Origin: a virus
DNA: 5,701 nucleotides
Direction: 5' to 3' (one strand)
IMG/VR virus record: IMGVR_UViG_3300045988_014663
Span: 1-5,701 of that record
In this document: piece by piece, positions 1 through 5,451 of the stretch
Layout of the letters: each line of letters begins with the position of its first letter
Numbering within the stretch: position 1 is the first letter of the stretch
Notes under the pieces: generated by a model
The model's input: the letters and a program-made list of their open reading frames with translations, nothing else
Databases searched by the model: none
What the model was told of the DNA's origin: nothing
Translations under genes and position numbers: made by a program

Positions 1-55
1 GCCTTTTCTACTGCGTCTTTGGCTTTTTCTCCCGCTTTCGCAAGGCCTGAACCTA
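1..55. repeat. Terminal direct repeat, copy 1 of 2, identical to 5647..5701; indicates a circular genome of 5646 nt
   Basis: A base-by-base comparison shows gccttttctactgcgtctttggctttttctcccgctttcgcaaggcctgaaccta at both ends (55/55). A reading frame runs unbroken across the join. Confidence 0.97.
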
Positions 56-755
56 ACTTGTTAGCTGCGTAGCTGTACTGCTGTGCTTGTTTTGCGCTTG
101 AGGTTGCCAGCTCGCTTGCTGCCTGTTCCCAGCTTTTTGCACTCTTAATTTGCTTTGCGCTGGTGGCCTGTTTTGCTAGCTGTAAGTATTTGTCTGCCAG
201 CTCTGCTGTGTTGTTGCCGTATTCGTACATAGCGCTTACACTTGCAGCCTGTGCGCTCTGCTGGTTATAATGTTGGCTTCCAATGCTTGCAGATGCTCCC
301 GATGGTGCGCTTGTTGCCCCGTTGGTCGCTGCCAGAATAGGATTGATGCCCGCTGCAATCATGTCCTTCACGGTGTCCTGATAGGCTGTTCCGCGCATTT
401 CCTTTTGGAAAGCCCGTTCTGCTGCCGCTTCTGCGCTGTTGTATTTCTTGGCGCTCGCCTGACTTCCAGCGTTTGCGAGGTTGCTAAGTAGTCCGCTCAT
501 CATTTGTAACGCGTTTGCGGTGTTTACACTGCTCTGGTTGCCAAATGTGGTAATGCCTGTTGGTGTGCTGATTTGTGTTGCTCCTATCTGCTGCGGTGCT
601 GTTACACTGCCCGTTGTGCTCTCGCTGCCTGTGCTGCTCTCGCTGCCGGCTCCTTGGCTGTTCTTGGCGCTGCTCTGGTTACTGTTCGTTATGATGCCTG
701 TTAACATGCTCAGTCCTTGCATGAGGTACGGCATAAAGCTTAACAATGTTTCCAT
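1..755 (-). CDS. VP2: Minor capsid / DNA pilot protein VP2, N-terminal 251 codons plus 2 nt. The ORF continues round the circle into 5529..5646, for 290 aa in total.
   Basis: Hand translation from ATG 755..753 gives METLLSFMPYLMQGLSMLTGIITNSNQ..., with no stop before position 1. The frame rejoins at 5646 and ends at TAA 5531..5529. The protein has a hydrophobic N-terminus and an S/G/T/A/Q-rich low-complexity stretch. It also carries AERAFQKEMRGTAYQDTVKDMIAAGINPILA, which matches the AYQ..V.DM..AG.NPIL signature I associate with gokushovirus VP2. In-frame ATGs at 734, 722 and 707 are alternative starts. Confidence 0.85.
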   Translation of the reverse strand, partial: METLLSFMPYLMQGLSMLTGIITNSNQSSAKNSQGAGSESSTGSESTTGSVTAPQQIGATQISTPTGITTFGNQSSVNTANALQMMSGLLSNLANAGSQASAKKYNSAEAAAERAFQKEMRGTAYQDTVKDMIAAGINPILAATNGATSAPSGASASIGSQHYNQQSAQAASVSAMYEYGNNTAELADKYLQLAKQATSAKQIKSAKSWEQAASELATSSAKQAQQYSYAANKLGSGLAKAGEKAKDAVEK

Positions 756-757
756 TC

Positions 758-783
758 AAAAATAGCCCCGCTTTTGCGGGGCT
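758..783 (-). terminator. GC-rich hairpin plus T5 between VP1 and VP2; probably a leaky intrinsic terminator or RNA structure
   Basis: The stem pairs agccccgc (764..771) with gcggggct (776..783) around a tttt loop. On the minus strand it is followed by ATTTTTG (763..757). It starts 10 nt after the VP1 stop and ends 8 nt before the VP2 ATG. Confidence 0.6.
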
Positions 784-784
784 T

Positions 785-790
785 CCTCCT
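785..790 (-). promoter_or_regulatory. Shine-Dalgarno AGGAGG, presumably for VP2, separated from the ATG by the 764..783 hairpin
   Basis: cctcct on the plus strand reads AGGAGG on the minus strand. It lies 29 nt before ATG 755 in linear sequence, but about 9 nt away if the 20-nt hairpin folds. Confidence 0.5.
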
Positions 791-793
791 TTC

Positions 794-2473
794 TTAGATT
801 CTTTCGACGCCGGGAATGCTGTAGATAGGCATCTCGCGGTACCATTCTTCGTCGAAGTAGAAGTCACACAAGAACTGGTGACTTTTTTCGCTCGTCACTG
901 CAATTGTTCGGTCGATGTTCTGCGTTCCTTCCTGAATCCACTCTGCCGAGAGATGCGGCAGTTTATCATAGTCGTCTGCATAGTGCCATGCGTCCAAACT
1001 CGTCTGGTAGTTAGACCGCATTTCTCCCGTTACATAGGATGGCTTGTATCGATAATCCGCCCATGCTTCTTGGTAGCCGAAGATTTCACCATCTTCAGCC
1101 GTGCCCTGTGCATAGATTTCGCGGTTATACACCGGTTGTTCGCCCAAGGCTGCAAGTCTCGGGTCGTAGTAGGTGAATCGCCCGCCACGTGTCCACTTGG
1201 TCGCGAGTCCTTGCTGGTAGCTGTGCTCCACTCGTACCACTGCCAGACCGATGATATAGCCGTATTCGGTCGCTGCATAGTCTACCATCTGTTTGCTGCA
1301 TGTGGTTAGACTGTATGCCGCCGTATTGCCCAGTGCCTGTTTGGTTGTCGGGTCCGTCTGGCTCGTCTGTACGACCTGATTCACATTGATCGCGATGCGC
1401 TGTCCGCCGATGTACTCAGGAATCTGTAGACGGCTGTCCGGACTTGTTACGCCCCACGTACCAGACAGGAACTCACGGTATCGCGTGCCGTTGCGTGCAT
1501 CTGCTTCAAAAATGTGCTGCAAGGCGATTGCCATGCGCAAGTCCTGAATGCTAATTGTGTTTACGTTGCTAAGGTCTGCGAACATATAACCGCCCGCTCC
1601 AACTTCGCCGTCCATTACTCCTGTGAATTGTATTTTTTTATCGTTTGAGTTTCCTGCGTATGCCAATGATCCTGCTCTACTTTGGCTTGCGGCTGTGCCT
1701 GTGCCTAAAACCATTTCTGGACCGCGGCCCGTTTCCAGGCTTGGAATCGTTGTGCCATCGGAATTTCCCAGTTTAATCGGCGCATTGCCCGTCAGGCTGA
1801 TTTCCACTGGGTCAGATTTAAGCGGACTTGGTAAACAGCTGGTGAAGTAGTCGTGGAATTTTCCCGCCTTTGCCGGAAACCGAGCATATAAGCTTGCTTC
1901 GTTTGTGTTTGTTGTTAGGTCTGGTTTGTTTACGTAGTAATCTTTGTTGTCGTTGCCGGGTGTCTGGTCAGTTCCCCCGTCATCGTCTTTTTTATAGCCT
2001 AGCATTAACGGTGCTTCAAGGTTTTCATCTCTGAACCACTCATTGTAGATCATGGCGTAGGCGCGTGCTGGAAGTGCGTTGACCTTGATTGCGTTTTTGA
2101 CTCCGGTCGGCAGTCCGAAGTAGTCGCCAATGCTGCCTTTTACAAGGCCGCTTTTGCCGCCGATTGTGCAAGTCGGCGTGCTGTATTCGGTCTTTTCTGC
2201 CCAATAGTCGGTATCATTTTCGCCGAACATATTTTCCCAGTGTTCCCACAGCAGACGGCACGGAACAAAGAAGAAATAGGTGTCCATGTAGCAGTTATCC
2301 ATGATAGGATAGATAGGTGTGCTCATACGGATGAGGCCGTTCAGGCGTACACGTGCGGTATCACCCGGAAGTACTTCATCACAGTAGATGGGCACTAGGT
2401 CGCCCTCGTTGATGGTCGTCAAGAGCTGGTGACTGCGGTCAAATTTGCTTCGCGGTCGTTCCATCCGCGGCAC
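794..2473 (-). CDS. VP1: Major capsid protein VP1 (Microviridae F-protein family), 559 aa
   Basis: The N-terminus SKFDRSHQLLTTINEGDLVPIYCDEVLPGDTARVRLNGLIRMSTPIYPIMDNCYMDTYFFFVPCRLLWEHWENMFG matches the conserved microvirus capsid N-terminal pattern (G.L.P, EVLPGD, FFFVP.RL.W..W). The length is typical of gokushovirus-like VP1. Codon 2473 is GTG, and the first ATG is at 2464 (MERPRSKF...). No clear SD precedes either start, so translation may be coupled to the VP3 stop at 2490. Confidence 0.95.
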   Translation of the reverse strand: MPRMERPRSKFDRSHQLLTTINEGDLVPIYCDEVLPGDTARVRLNGLIRMSTPIYPIMDNCYMDTYFFFVPCRLLWEHWENMFGENDTDYWAEKTEYSTPTCTIGGKSGLVKGSIGDYFGLPTGVKNAIKVNALPARAYAMIYNEWFRDENLEAPLMLGYKKDDDGGTDQTPGNDNKDYYVNKPDLTTNTNEASLYARFPAKAGKFHDYFTSCLPSPLKSDPVEISLTGNAPIKLGNSDGTTIPSLETGRGPEMVLGTGTAASQSRAGSLAYAGNSNDKKIQFTGVMDGEVGAGGYMFADLSNVNTISIQDLRMAIALQHIFEADARNGTRYREFLSGTWGVTSPDSRLQIPEYIGGQRIAINVNQVVQTSQTDPTTKQALGNTAAYSLTTCSKQMVDYAATEYGYIIGLAVVRVEHSYQQGLATKWTRGGRFTYYDPRLAALGEQPVYNREIYAQGTAEDGEIFGYQEAWADYRYKPSYVTGEMRSNYQTSLDAWHYADDYDKLPHLSAEWIQEGTQNIDRTIAVTSEKSHQFLCDFYFDEEWYREMPIYSIPGVERI

Positions 2474-2489
2474 TTGCGCAAAATGGTTT

Positions 2490-2909
2490 TCACTGTTTCG
2501 GTTCGTTTTCCTTCACCTCTTCCTTTTTTTCTTCCGGCTTCGGCTGTTCGGTCTGCTGCACCTGTTTCAGCTGTTCCAGCGTTTTGGCTGCCGTTTCGGC
2601 CTTTTCGTGCATTGTCATGATGTCTTTTGGCAGATTTTCGAGGTCGGTGCCCTCGGTGTATACCATGCTTTTAGCCTTGATGCTGGTATCTCCAGCTTCC
2701 AGCCGTGCGATTGCGCTTGCAAGGTCGTAGCCTTCGCCGGCTCGCTGGATTTTTTGGTATGTGTTCTCGTCCGGCTGCTCGATGTAGTCGGTTGTGCCAT
2801 TCGGTCGCTTTACCGCTTTCCACGTTGGCGCGGTCATGCTGCCCGGATTGTTTGTCACTCTCTCGGTCGGTAGTCCGTAGTATCTTACCAGTGTATCAGG
2901 ATTTAACAT
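2490..2909 (-). CDS. VP3: Internal scaffolding protein VP3-like, 139 aa
   Basis: ATG 2909 is preceded by GAAGGAGA with 6-nt spacing, and the gene sits immediately upstream of VP1. Its size, the central YQKIQ...DL..I..R...GD segment and the acidic/lysine-rich C-terminal tail resemble gokushovirus VP3. This assignment rests on memory of the family, not on a search. Confidence 0.7.
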   Translation of the reverse strand: MLNPDTLVRYYGLPTERVTNNPGSMTAPTWKAVKRPNGTTDYIEQPDENTYQKIQRAGEGYDLASAIARLEAGDTSIKAKSMVYTEGTDLENLPKDIMTMHEKAETAAKTLEQLKQVQQTEQPKPEEKKEEVKENEPKQ

Positions 2910-3150
2910 TGGCTGTCTCCTTCAGGTCGATGAGCCGTGCGATGTGTTCAGGCATTGCCTCGCTCATGTAGCCGGTTTCGGTGTCGAACTCGCCCAGCTC
3001 CACGAGTGAAATATCTTCAATTTCGCTGGGCTTGCTCTCGTTGGCCTTCCATCGTGCCGTTCTAACTGCCTGTGCTCGGTTGTTCTGCAGAAACGGCTGA
3101 GAATAGCCGTTGGTCAATGCATCGTGGAATGAGTAGAATTTCAGTTTCAT
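2896..3150 (-). CDS. VP5: VP5-like small non-structural protein, 84 aa
   Basis: ATG 3150 is preceded by AAGGAGA. The sequence FYSFHDALTNGYSQPFLQNNRAQAVRTARW...EDISLVELGEFDTETGYM fits the gokushovirus ORF5/VP5 pattern I recall (D.ka..y..PF......A.R.F ... D..L..iGeFD..tG). It overlaps the VP3 start by 14 nt. Confidence 0.65.
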   Translation of the reverse strand: MKLKFYSFHDALTNGYSQPFLQNNRAQAVRTARWKANESKPSEIEDISLVELGEFDTETGYMSEAMPEHIARLIDLKETANVKS

Positions 3151-3161
3151 GTTTTTCTCCT

Positions 3162-3278
3162 TTACTTTTTGTCTTCGCTTGCATTCTTCAGCGCGTGGTA
3201 GATCTCGTCGAGCTTTTCAAGGATTCTCATCATCAGCGCGATCGCTTCCTTGACGTCCTTGACCTTGATCAGTGCCAT
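3162..3278 (-). CDS. Hypothetical 38-aa protein MALIKVKDVKEAIALMMRILEKLDEIYHALKNASEDKK (not in the ORF track)
   Basis: Hand translated. ATG 3278 is preceded by AAAAGAGGTGATTTA, a strong GAGGTGA SD at about 4-5 nt. Its TAA (3164..3162) is embedded in the SD of the next gene (TAAAGGAGA). It looks like an amphipathic helix, and I recognise no homology. Confidence 0.45.
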   Translation of the reverse strand: MALIKVKDVKEAIALMMRILEKLDEIYHALKNASEDKK

Positions 3279-3307
3279 TAAATCACCTCTTTTTTGGTTT
3301 GTGTCGT

Positions 3308-3424
3308 TTACAGCCGGATACCGCCCCGCGATACCTTCGGCCGGACGTTGATGTTTTTTACCCGCTTTGCAGTCTGGGTAAAACGTTTCTGGTCGCCTTG
3401 ACCCGCTCCGCTTCTATGTGCCAT
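3308..3424 (-). CDS. Small basic DNA-binding/packaging protein (gokushovirus ORF8/VP8-like, a functional analogue of phiX174 J), 38 aa (not in the ORF track)
   Basis: Hand translation gives MAHRSGAGQGDQKRFTQTAKRVKNINVRPKVSRGGIRL, with 9 Arg+Lys against 1 acidic residue. The ..KR.F..TA.R....N.......RGGIRL C-terminus matches small basic proteins I recall from gokushovirus-like genomes. The SD AAGGGAG lies 7 nt before ATG 3424. The start overlaps the end of the 71-aa ORF by 11 nt in another frame. Confidence 0.6.
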   Translation of the reverse strand: MAHRSGAGQGDQKRFTQTAKRVKNINVRPKVSRGGIRL

Positions 3425-3629
3425 CGTTATACTCCCTTCTGATTAGCTCTATTTCGATGGTCTTTACAAAACTTTTTATCTGCCAAGTTTCATCTATTAG
3501 CCTTTTTGCGTCTTCGATGTTTGACACTTTTTTAAGCATTTTGTAATTGCCATCAATTTCTTTGTATTTTCGTGTGATTAGTTCTTCCAATGTTTCTTTG
3601 GTCTGGTCTCGTGCATTCCATGCTTTCAT
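3414..3629 (-). CDS. Hypothetical 71-aa protein, charged and helical, with no TM segment
   Basis: The ORF track extends this ORF to 3704, but ATG 3629 has SD AAAGGGGG and lies 2 nt after the peptidase stop (GGGGGTATAACAATG). I therefore prefer MKAWNARDQTKETLEELITRKYKEIDGNYKMLKKVSNIEDAKRLIDETWQIKSFVKTIEIELIRREYNDGT. I recognise no family. Confidence 0.6.
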   Translation of the reverse strand: MKAWNARDQTKETLEELITRKYKEIDGNYKMLKKVSNIEDAKRLIDETWQIKSFVKTIEIELIRREYNDGT

Positions 3630-3631
3630 TG

Positions 3632-4021
3632 TTATACCCCCTTTCTGTATTTGCTGTTGCGCGTGTCGATATGTACCCATGTATCGTATACGATTATGCC
3701 GCATTCATCTGGAATGATTTTATTCAGTTTGTTGGCAATTTCTTTTGCGGTCATGCCATTAATCCGGATGTCTGCTGCCATTCCTCGCATGTGGTATGAG
3801 TACTTTGCACCGCCTACCGCTTTATTCCTTGCCGGTGTCCGGTATCCACTGTTGATGATTACAGGCTTTCCGACATGGTTTCTGAGGATGTCTAGGATTG
3901 ATACTAGGTAGCTGTCTATAAAAACTACCTGTGAGCCGTCTTTGCAAGCGAATTCTCGCACTTTGAAGTGTTGTCCTACTTTTTCGTTTGCGTCTGTATC
4001 CATGATATAGCTTTTAATCAT
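3632..4021 (-). CDS. Zinc D,D- or L,D-peptidase of the M15 family (Peptidase_M15_3/M15A-like), a putative peptidoglycan hydrolase, 129 aa
   Basis: Recognised motifs are FKVREFACKDG, INSGYRTPARNKAVGGAKYSYHMRGMAADI (SxHxxGxAxD, providing His and Asp Zn ligands) and WVHIDTR (the third His). The track ORF starts at TTG 4048. ATG 4021, preceded by GGGAGA about 9 nt upstream, is the more likely start. There is no signal peptide or TM segment. Confidence 0.88.
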   Translation of the reverse strand: MIKSYIMDTDANEKVGQHFKVREFACKDGSQVVFIDSYLVSILDILRNHVGKPVIINSGYRTPARNKAVGGAKYSYHMRGMAADIRINGMTAKEIANKLNKIIPDECGIIVYDTWVHIDTRNSKYRKGV

Positions 4022-4078
4022 TTTTTGTTTCTCCCATTCTTTTTTCAAGGTTCTTGAGTTTCGCTGCTTCTTGCCCTT

Positions 4079-4106
4079 ATCTTATCATGTTTTTGATTGT
4101 TGTCAA
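4079..4106 (-). promoter_or_regulatory. Putative sigma70-type promoter driving the peptidase and downstream genes
   Basis: On the minus strand there is a perfect -35 TTGACA (4106..4101). A 16-nt spacer ends in TGA, giving an extended -10 TGn, followed by -10 TAAGAT (4084..4079). An A8 tract (4114..4107) sits directly upstream, like an UP element. This is a prediction from consensus only. Confidence 0.45.
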
Positions 4107-4121
4107 TTTTTTTTGGTTTGA

Positions 4122-4139
4122 AAGGCGCTTTAGCGCCTT
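4122..4139. other. 7-bp GC-rich hairpin in the Rep-peptidase intergenic region
   Basis: aaggcgc (4122..4128) pairs with gcgcctt (4133..4139) around a ttta loop. On the coding strand it is followed by UCAAACC A8 rather than a U-run, so it is not a canonical terminator. Its function is unknown. Confidence 0.4.
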
Positions 4140-4200
4140 GCCGTGTGGAGCGCATGCGGAACTCGGCTTAATAAATTTTTCCTTTTTAGCGCTGTGCGCG

Positions 4201-5205
4201 TTATGTTTTCGGTTCACGCCACTTTTGCTTTAGCTTGTCCTTTTCTTTCTGAATGTTGAGATAGGTTTCGTAATCTACGCTTGTGTTCTGTTCGAGATTG
4301 ACCAAACTTTGTATTGCGCTGCGTCTGCGTCTGGCTCTAACCTCTCTCAGCTCGTCAGAATGTGCCTTAAAATAGCTTTCTGTGTCTTGGCTGGTATCTT
4401 TATCTAGAATCTTATCAAAATAGCGTGGAGGCCTTTTCTCGCGTCCTCCTGAGCATATGATGCTATCTGTTTTTAAGATTTCATCTTTGTGTTCGTTTAG
4501 ATATTTTTCGCCGATACCTTTCGACATGATCCTGAACTCTGGTTCTCTGCCTTCCATCCAGTATTTTGCCGCTTGCTCTGCACCTATGGCTTTTTTGTTG
4601 ACGTACTGTGCTACATATGCGTAGCTACCCGGTTGTGCTGGTGAAAAGTCTATCATGCCTTTGCCCCAGATTTTTTCTAGCCACTCGCTTTTAAAATAGC
4701 TGTTGCCTTTTTGGTTTTTGTACCATTGTGCATCCGGTGGCTTTAGTCCAAATACTATCGCATGGTAGTGTGGTCTTTTTGTTCTGTCGCCGTATTCGGC
4801 TGCTAGGAAGTATTTTATTGGTTTCTTGTACGCTTTCCGTAGCCGTTTTATAAATAGCTGCACGTCTCGTTTGCTTACTGTCTGGCTTTGAATGCTTCTG
4901 TAGCCTTTGAGAATCTCGCCGTATGGGACATGATCATCGTCATAAGTCAGCGTTAGAAAAATTACATCGTCCCATTCTTTGGCTTCTAGCTCTATTCTAG
5001 TTGCCCATTGGTCAGCTATCTGTTTTCGACAGTATTCGCATTTACCGCATGGTAGCAATGCGAATTTTCCTTTTTTGACTCCGTCCATGATGTCCGTTTG
5101 TAGTCCTTGCTTTGATAGGTTCTCCAGACTTCCCCACAGTTTTGGTTTTTTCGTGTCCATCTGAAATATTAATGGTTTTGTACATGGCATTTTTGTTACC
5201 GGCAC
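4201..5205 (-). CDS. VP4: Rolling-circle replication initiator VP4 (HUH endonuclease, phiX174 gpA-like), 334 aa from GTG 5205 or 329 aa from ATG 5190
   Basis: RCR motif 1 is VIFLTLTYDD, the HUH motif is RPHYHAIVFG, and the two-tyrosine motif 3 is YAYVAQYVNKK. An N-terminal Cys cluster (LPCGKCEYCR) is typical of microvirus Rep. GTG 5205 has AAGGAAG 5 nt upstream, while ATG 5190 has no SD. Confidence 0.92.
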   Translation of the reverse strand: MPVTKMPCTKPLIFQMDTKKPKLWGSLENLSKQGLQTDIMDGVKKGKFALLPCGKCEYCRKQIADQWATRIELEAKEWDDVIFLTLTYDDDHVPYGEILKGYRSIQSQTVSKRDVQLFIKRLRKAYKKPIKYFLAAEYGDRTKRPHYHAIVFGLKPPDAQWYKNQKGNSYFKSEWLEKIWGKGMIDFSPAQPGSYAYVAQYVNKKAIGAEQAAKYWMEGREPEFRIMSKGIGEKYLNEHKDEILKTDSIICSGGREKRPPRYFDKILDKDTSQDTESYFKAHSDELREVRARRRRSAIQSLVNLEQNTSVDYETYLNIQKEKDKLKQKWREPKT

Positions 5206-5232
5206 AAGCTTCCTTGTCTATCTTGTGCCGGT
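5198..5232 (-). promoter_or_regulatory. Perfect 11-bp inverted repeat with a 13-nt loop over the Rep translation start
   Basis: accggcacaag (5198..5208) is the reverse complement of cttgtgccggt (5222..5232). On the coding strand the loop contains the SD AAGGAAG (5215..5209), and the 3' arm contains GTG 5205..5203. Confidence 0.6.
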
Positions 5233-5266
5233 TGACACCTCGCTTTCTTTATATATTAACTTGTTG

Positions 5267-5281
5267 TAGTAGTAGTAGTAG
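5267..5281. repeat. (TAG)5 trinucleotide tract, (CTA)5 on the coding strand
   Basis: tagtagtagtagtag can be read directly and is flanked by ttgttg and tggtgttga, so the period-3 pattern extends further in degenerate form. Confidence 0.9.
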
Positions 5282-5284
5282 TGG

Positions 5285-5451
5285 TGTTGAAAGTGTTGAA
5301 AACTCGTTTTTTTAACGTTACTACGTTTATTTATTGCTTTTTTGCCTGTTGAAAACTTTGTTGAAAACTTGTTGAATTGTTGAATGTTCGTCATAATGAC
5401 GAATTTCTTTGTGCAACTTGTTGTTGAAAACCTGTTGAAAGTGTTGAAAAC
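5285..5451. repeat. Array of nine direct GTTGAA(A/T) iterons, consensus TGTTGAAAAC (GTTTTCAACA on the coding strand), in three clusters
   Basis: The copies lie at 5285..5293, 5294..5303, 5347..5356, 5359..5368, 5371..5377, 5378..5385, 5422..5431, 5433..5441 and 5442..5451. All share one orientation and are spaced 8-12 nt within clusters. An exact 21-nt duplicate tgttgaaagtgttgaaaactc occurs at 5285..5305 and 5433..5453. AACTTGTTG recurs at 5258, 5366 and 5415. An AT-rich spacer (5306..5346) separates clusters 1 and 2. Confidence 0.85.
5387..5403. other. Small hairpin between iteron clusters 2 and 3; candidate ori stem-loop
   Basis: ttcgtc (5387..5392) pairs with gacgaa (5398..5403) around the AT-only loop ataat. 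The stem is short at 6 bp, so this feature alone is weak. Confidence 0.4.

Noticed and set aside
679-2800. Nested or overlapping minus-strand ORFs in alternative frames (679..867, 1030..1278, 2615..2800), considered as possible phiX174-style overprinted genes such as an E-like lysis protein
   Set aside because: None has a TM helix, which an E-like lysis protein would need, or a recognisable SD. Their compositions (Ser/Thr/Arg/Pro-rich) look like off-frame translation. They cannot be excluded without comparative data.
3630-4048. Longer 5' extensions given in the ORF track: the 96-aa form starting at 3704 and the 138-aa form starting at TTG 4048
   Set aside because: The 3704 start would overlap the peptidase by 73 nt and has no SD, whereas ATG 3629 has AAAGGGGG and sits 2 nt after the peptidase stop. 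For the peptidase, ATG 4021 with GGGAGA upstream is more plausible than TTG 4048. The extra residues MKKEWEKQK add no recognisable domain.
270-5315. All plus-strand ORFs in the track: 270..491, 481..765, 746..1309, 1623..1850, 2429..2620, 2445..2873, 2705..2971, 3072..3281, 3590..3799, 3651..3911, 4979..5164 and 5112..5315. This includes the very hydrophobic 94-aa ORF at 481..765.
   Set aside because: Every one lies antisense to a well-supported minus-strand gene. They are Cys/Leu/Phe/Arg-rich in the way shadow ORFs usually are, and I found no convincing SD for them. Microviridae are known to encode all genes on one strand. The hydrophobicity of 481..765 is what the complement of the Ser/Gly/Ala/Gln-rich VP2 codons would produce.
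5247-5425. phiX174-like origin core (CAACTTG/ATATTAATAAC) or a XerCD dif-like integration site near atatattaacttgttg and ttcgtcataatgacgaa
   Set aside because: AACTTG and ATATTAA occur only on the non-coding strand and in permuted order relative to the phiX174 ori. The matches to the dif arms I remember from E. coli and Bacillus are partial and no better than expected in AT-rich sequence. A proper motif scan would be needed before making either claim.
5285-5451. The short direct repeats considered as a CRISPR array
   Set aside because: The units are only 9-10 nt and mostly abut each other or are separated by 1-3 nt. They lack unique spacers of about 30 nt. The context is a 5.6-kb phage genome.
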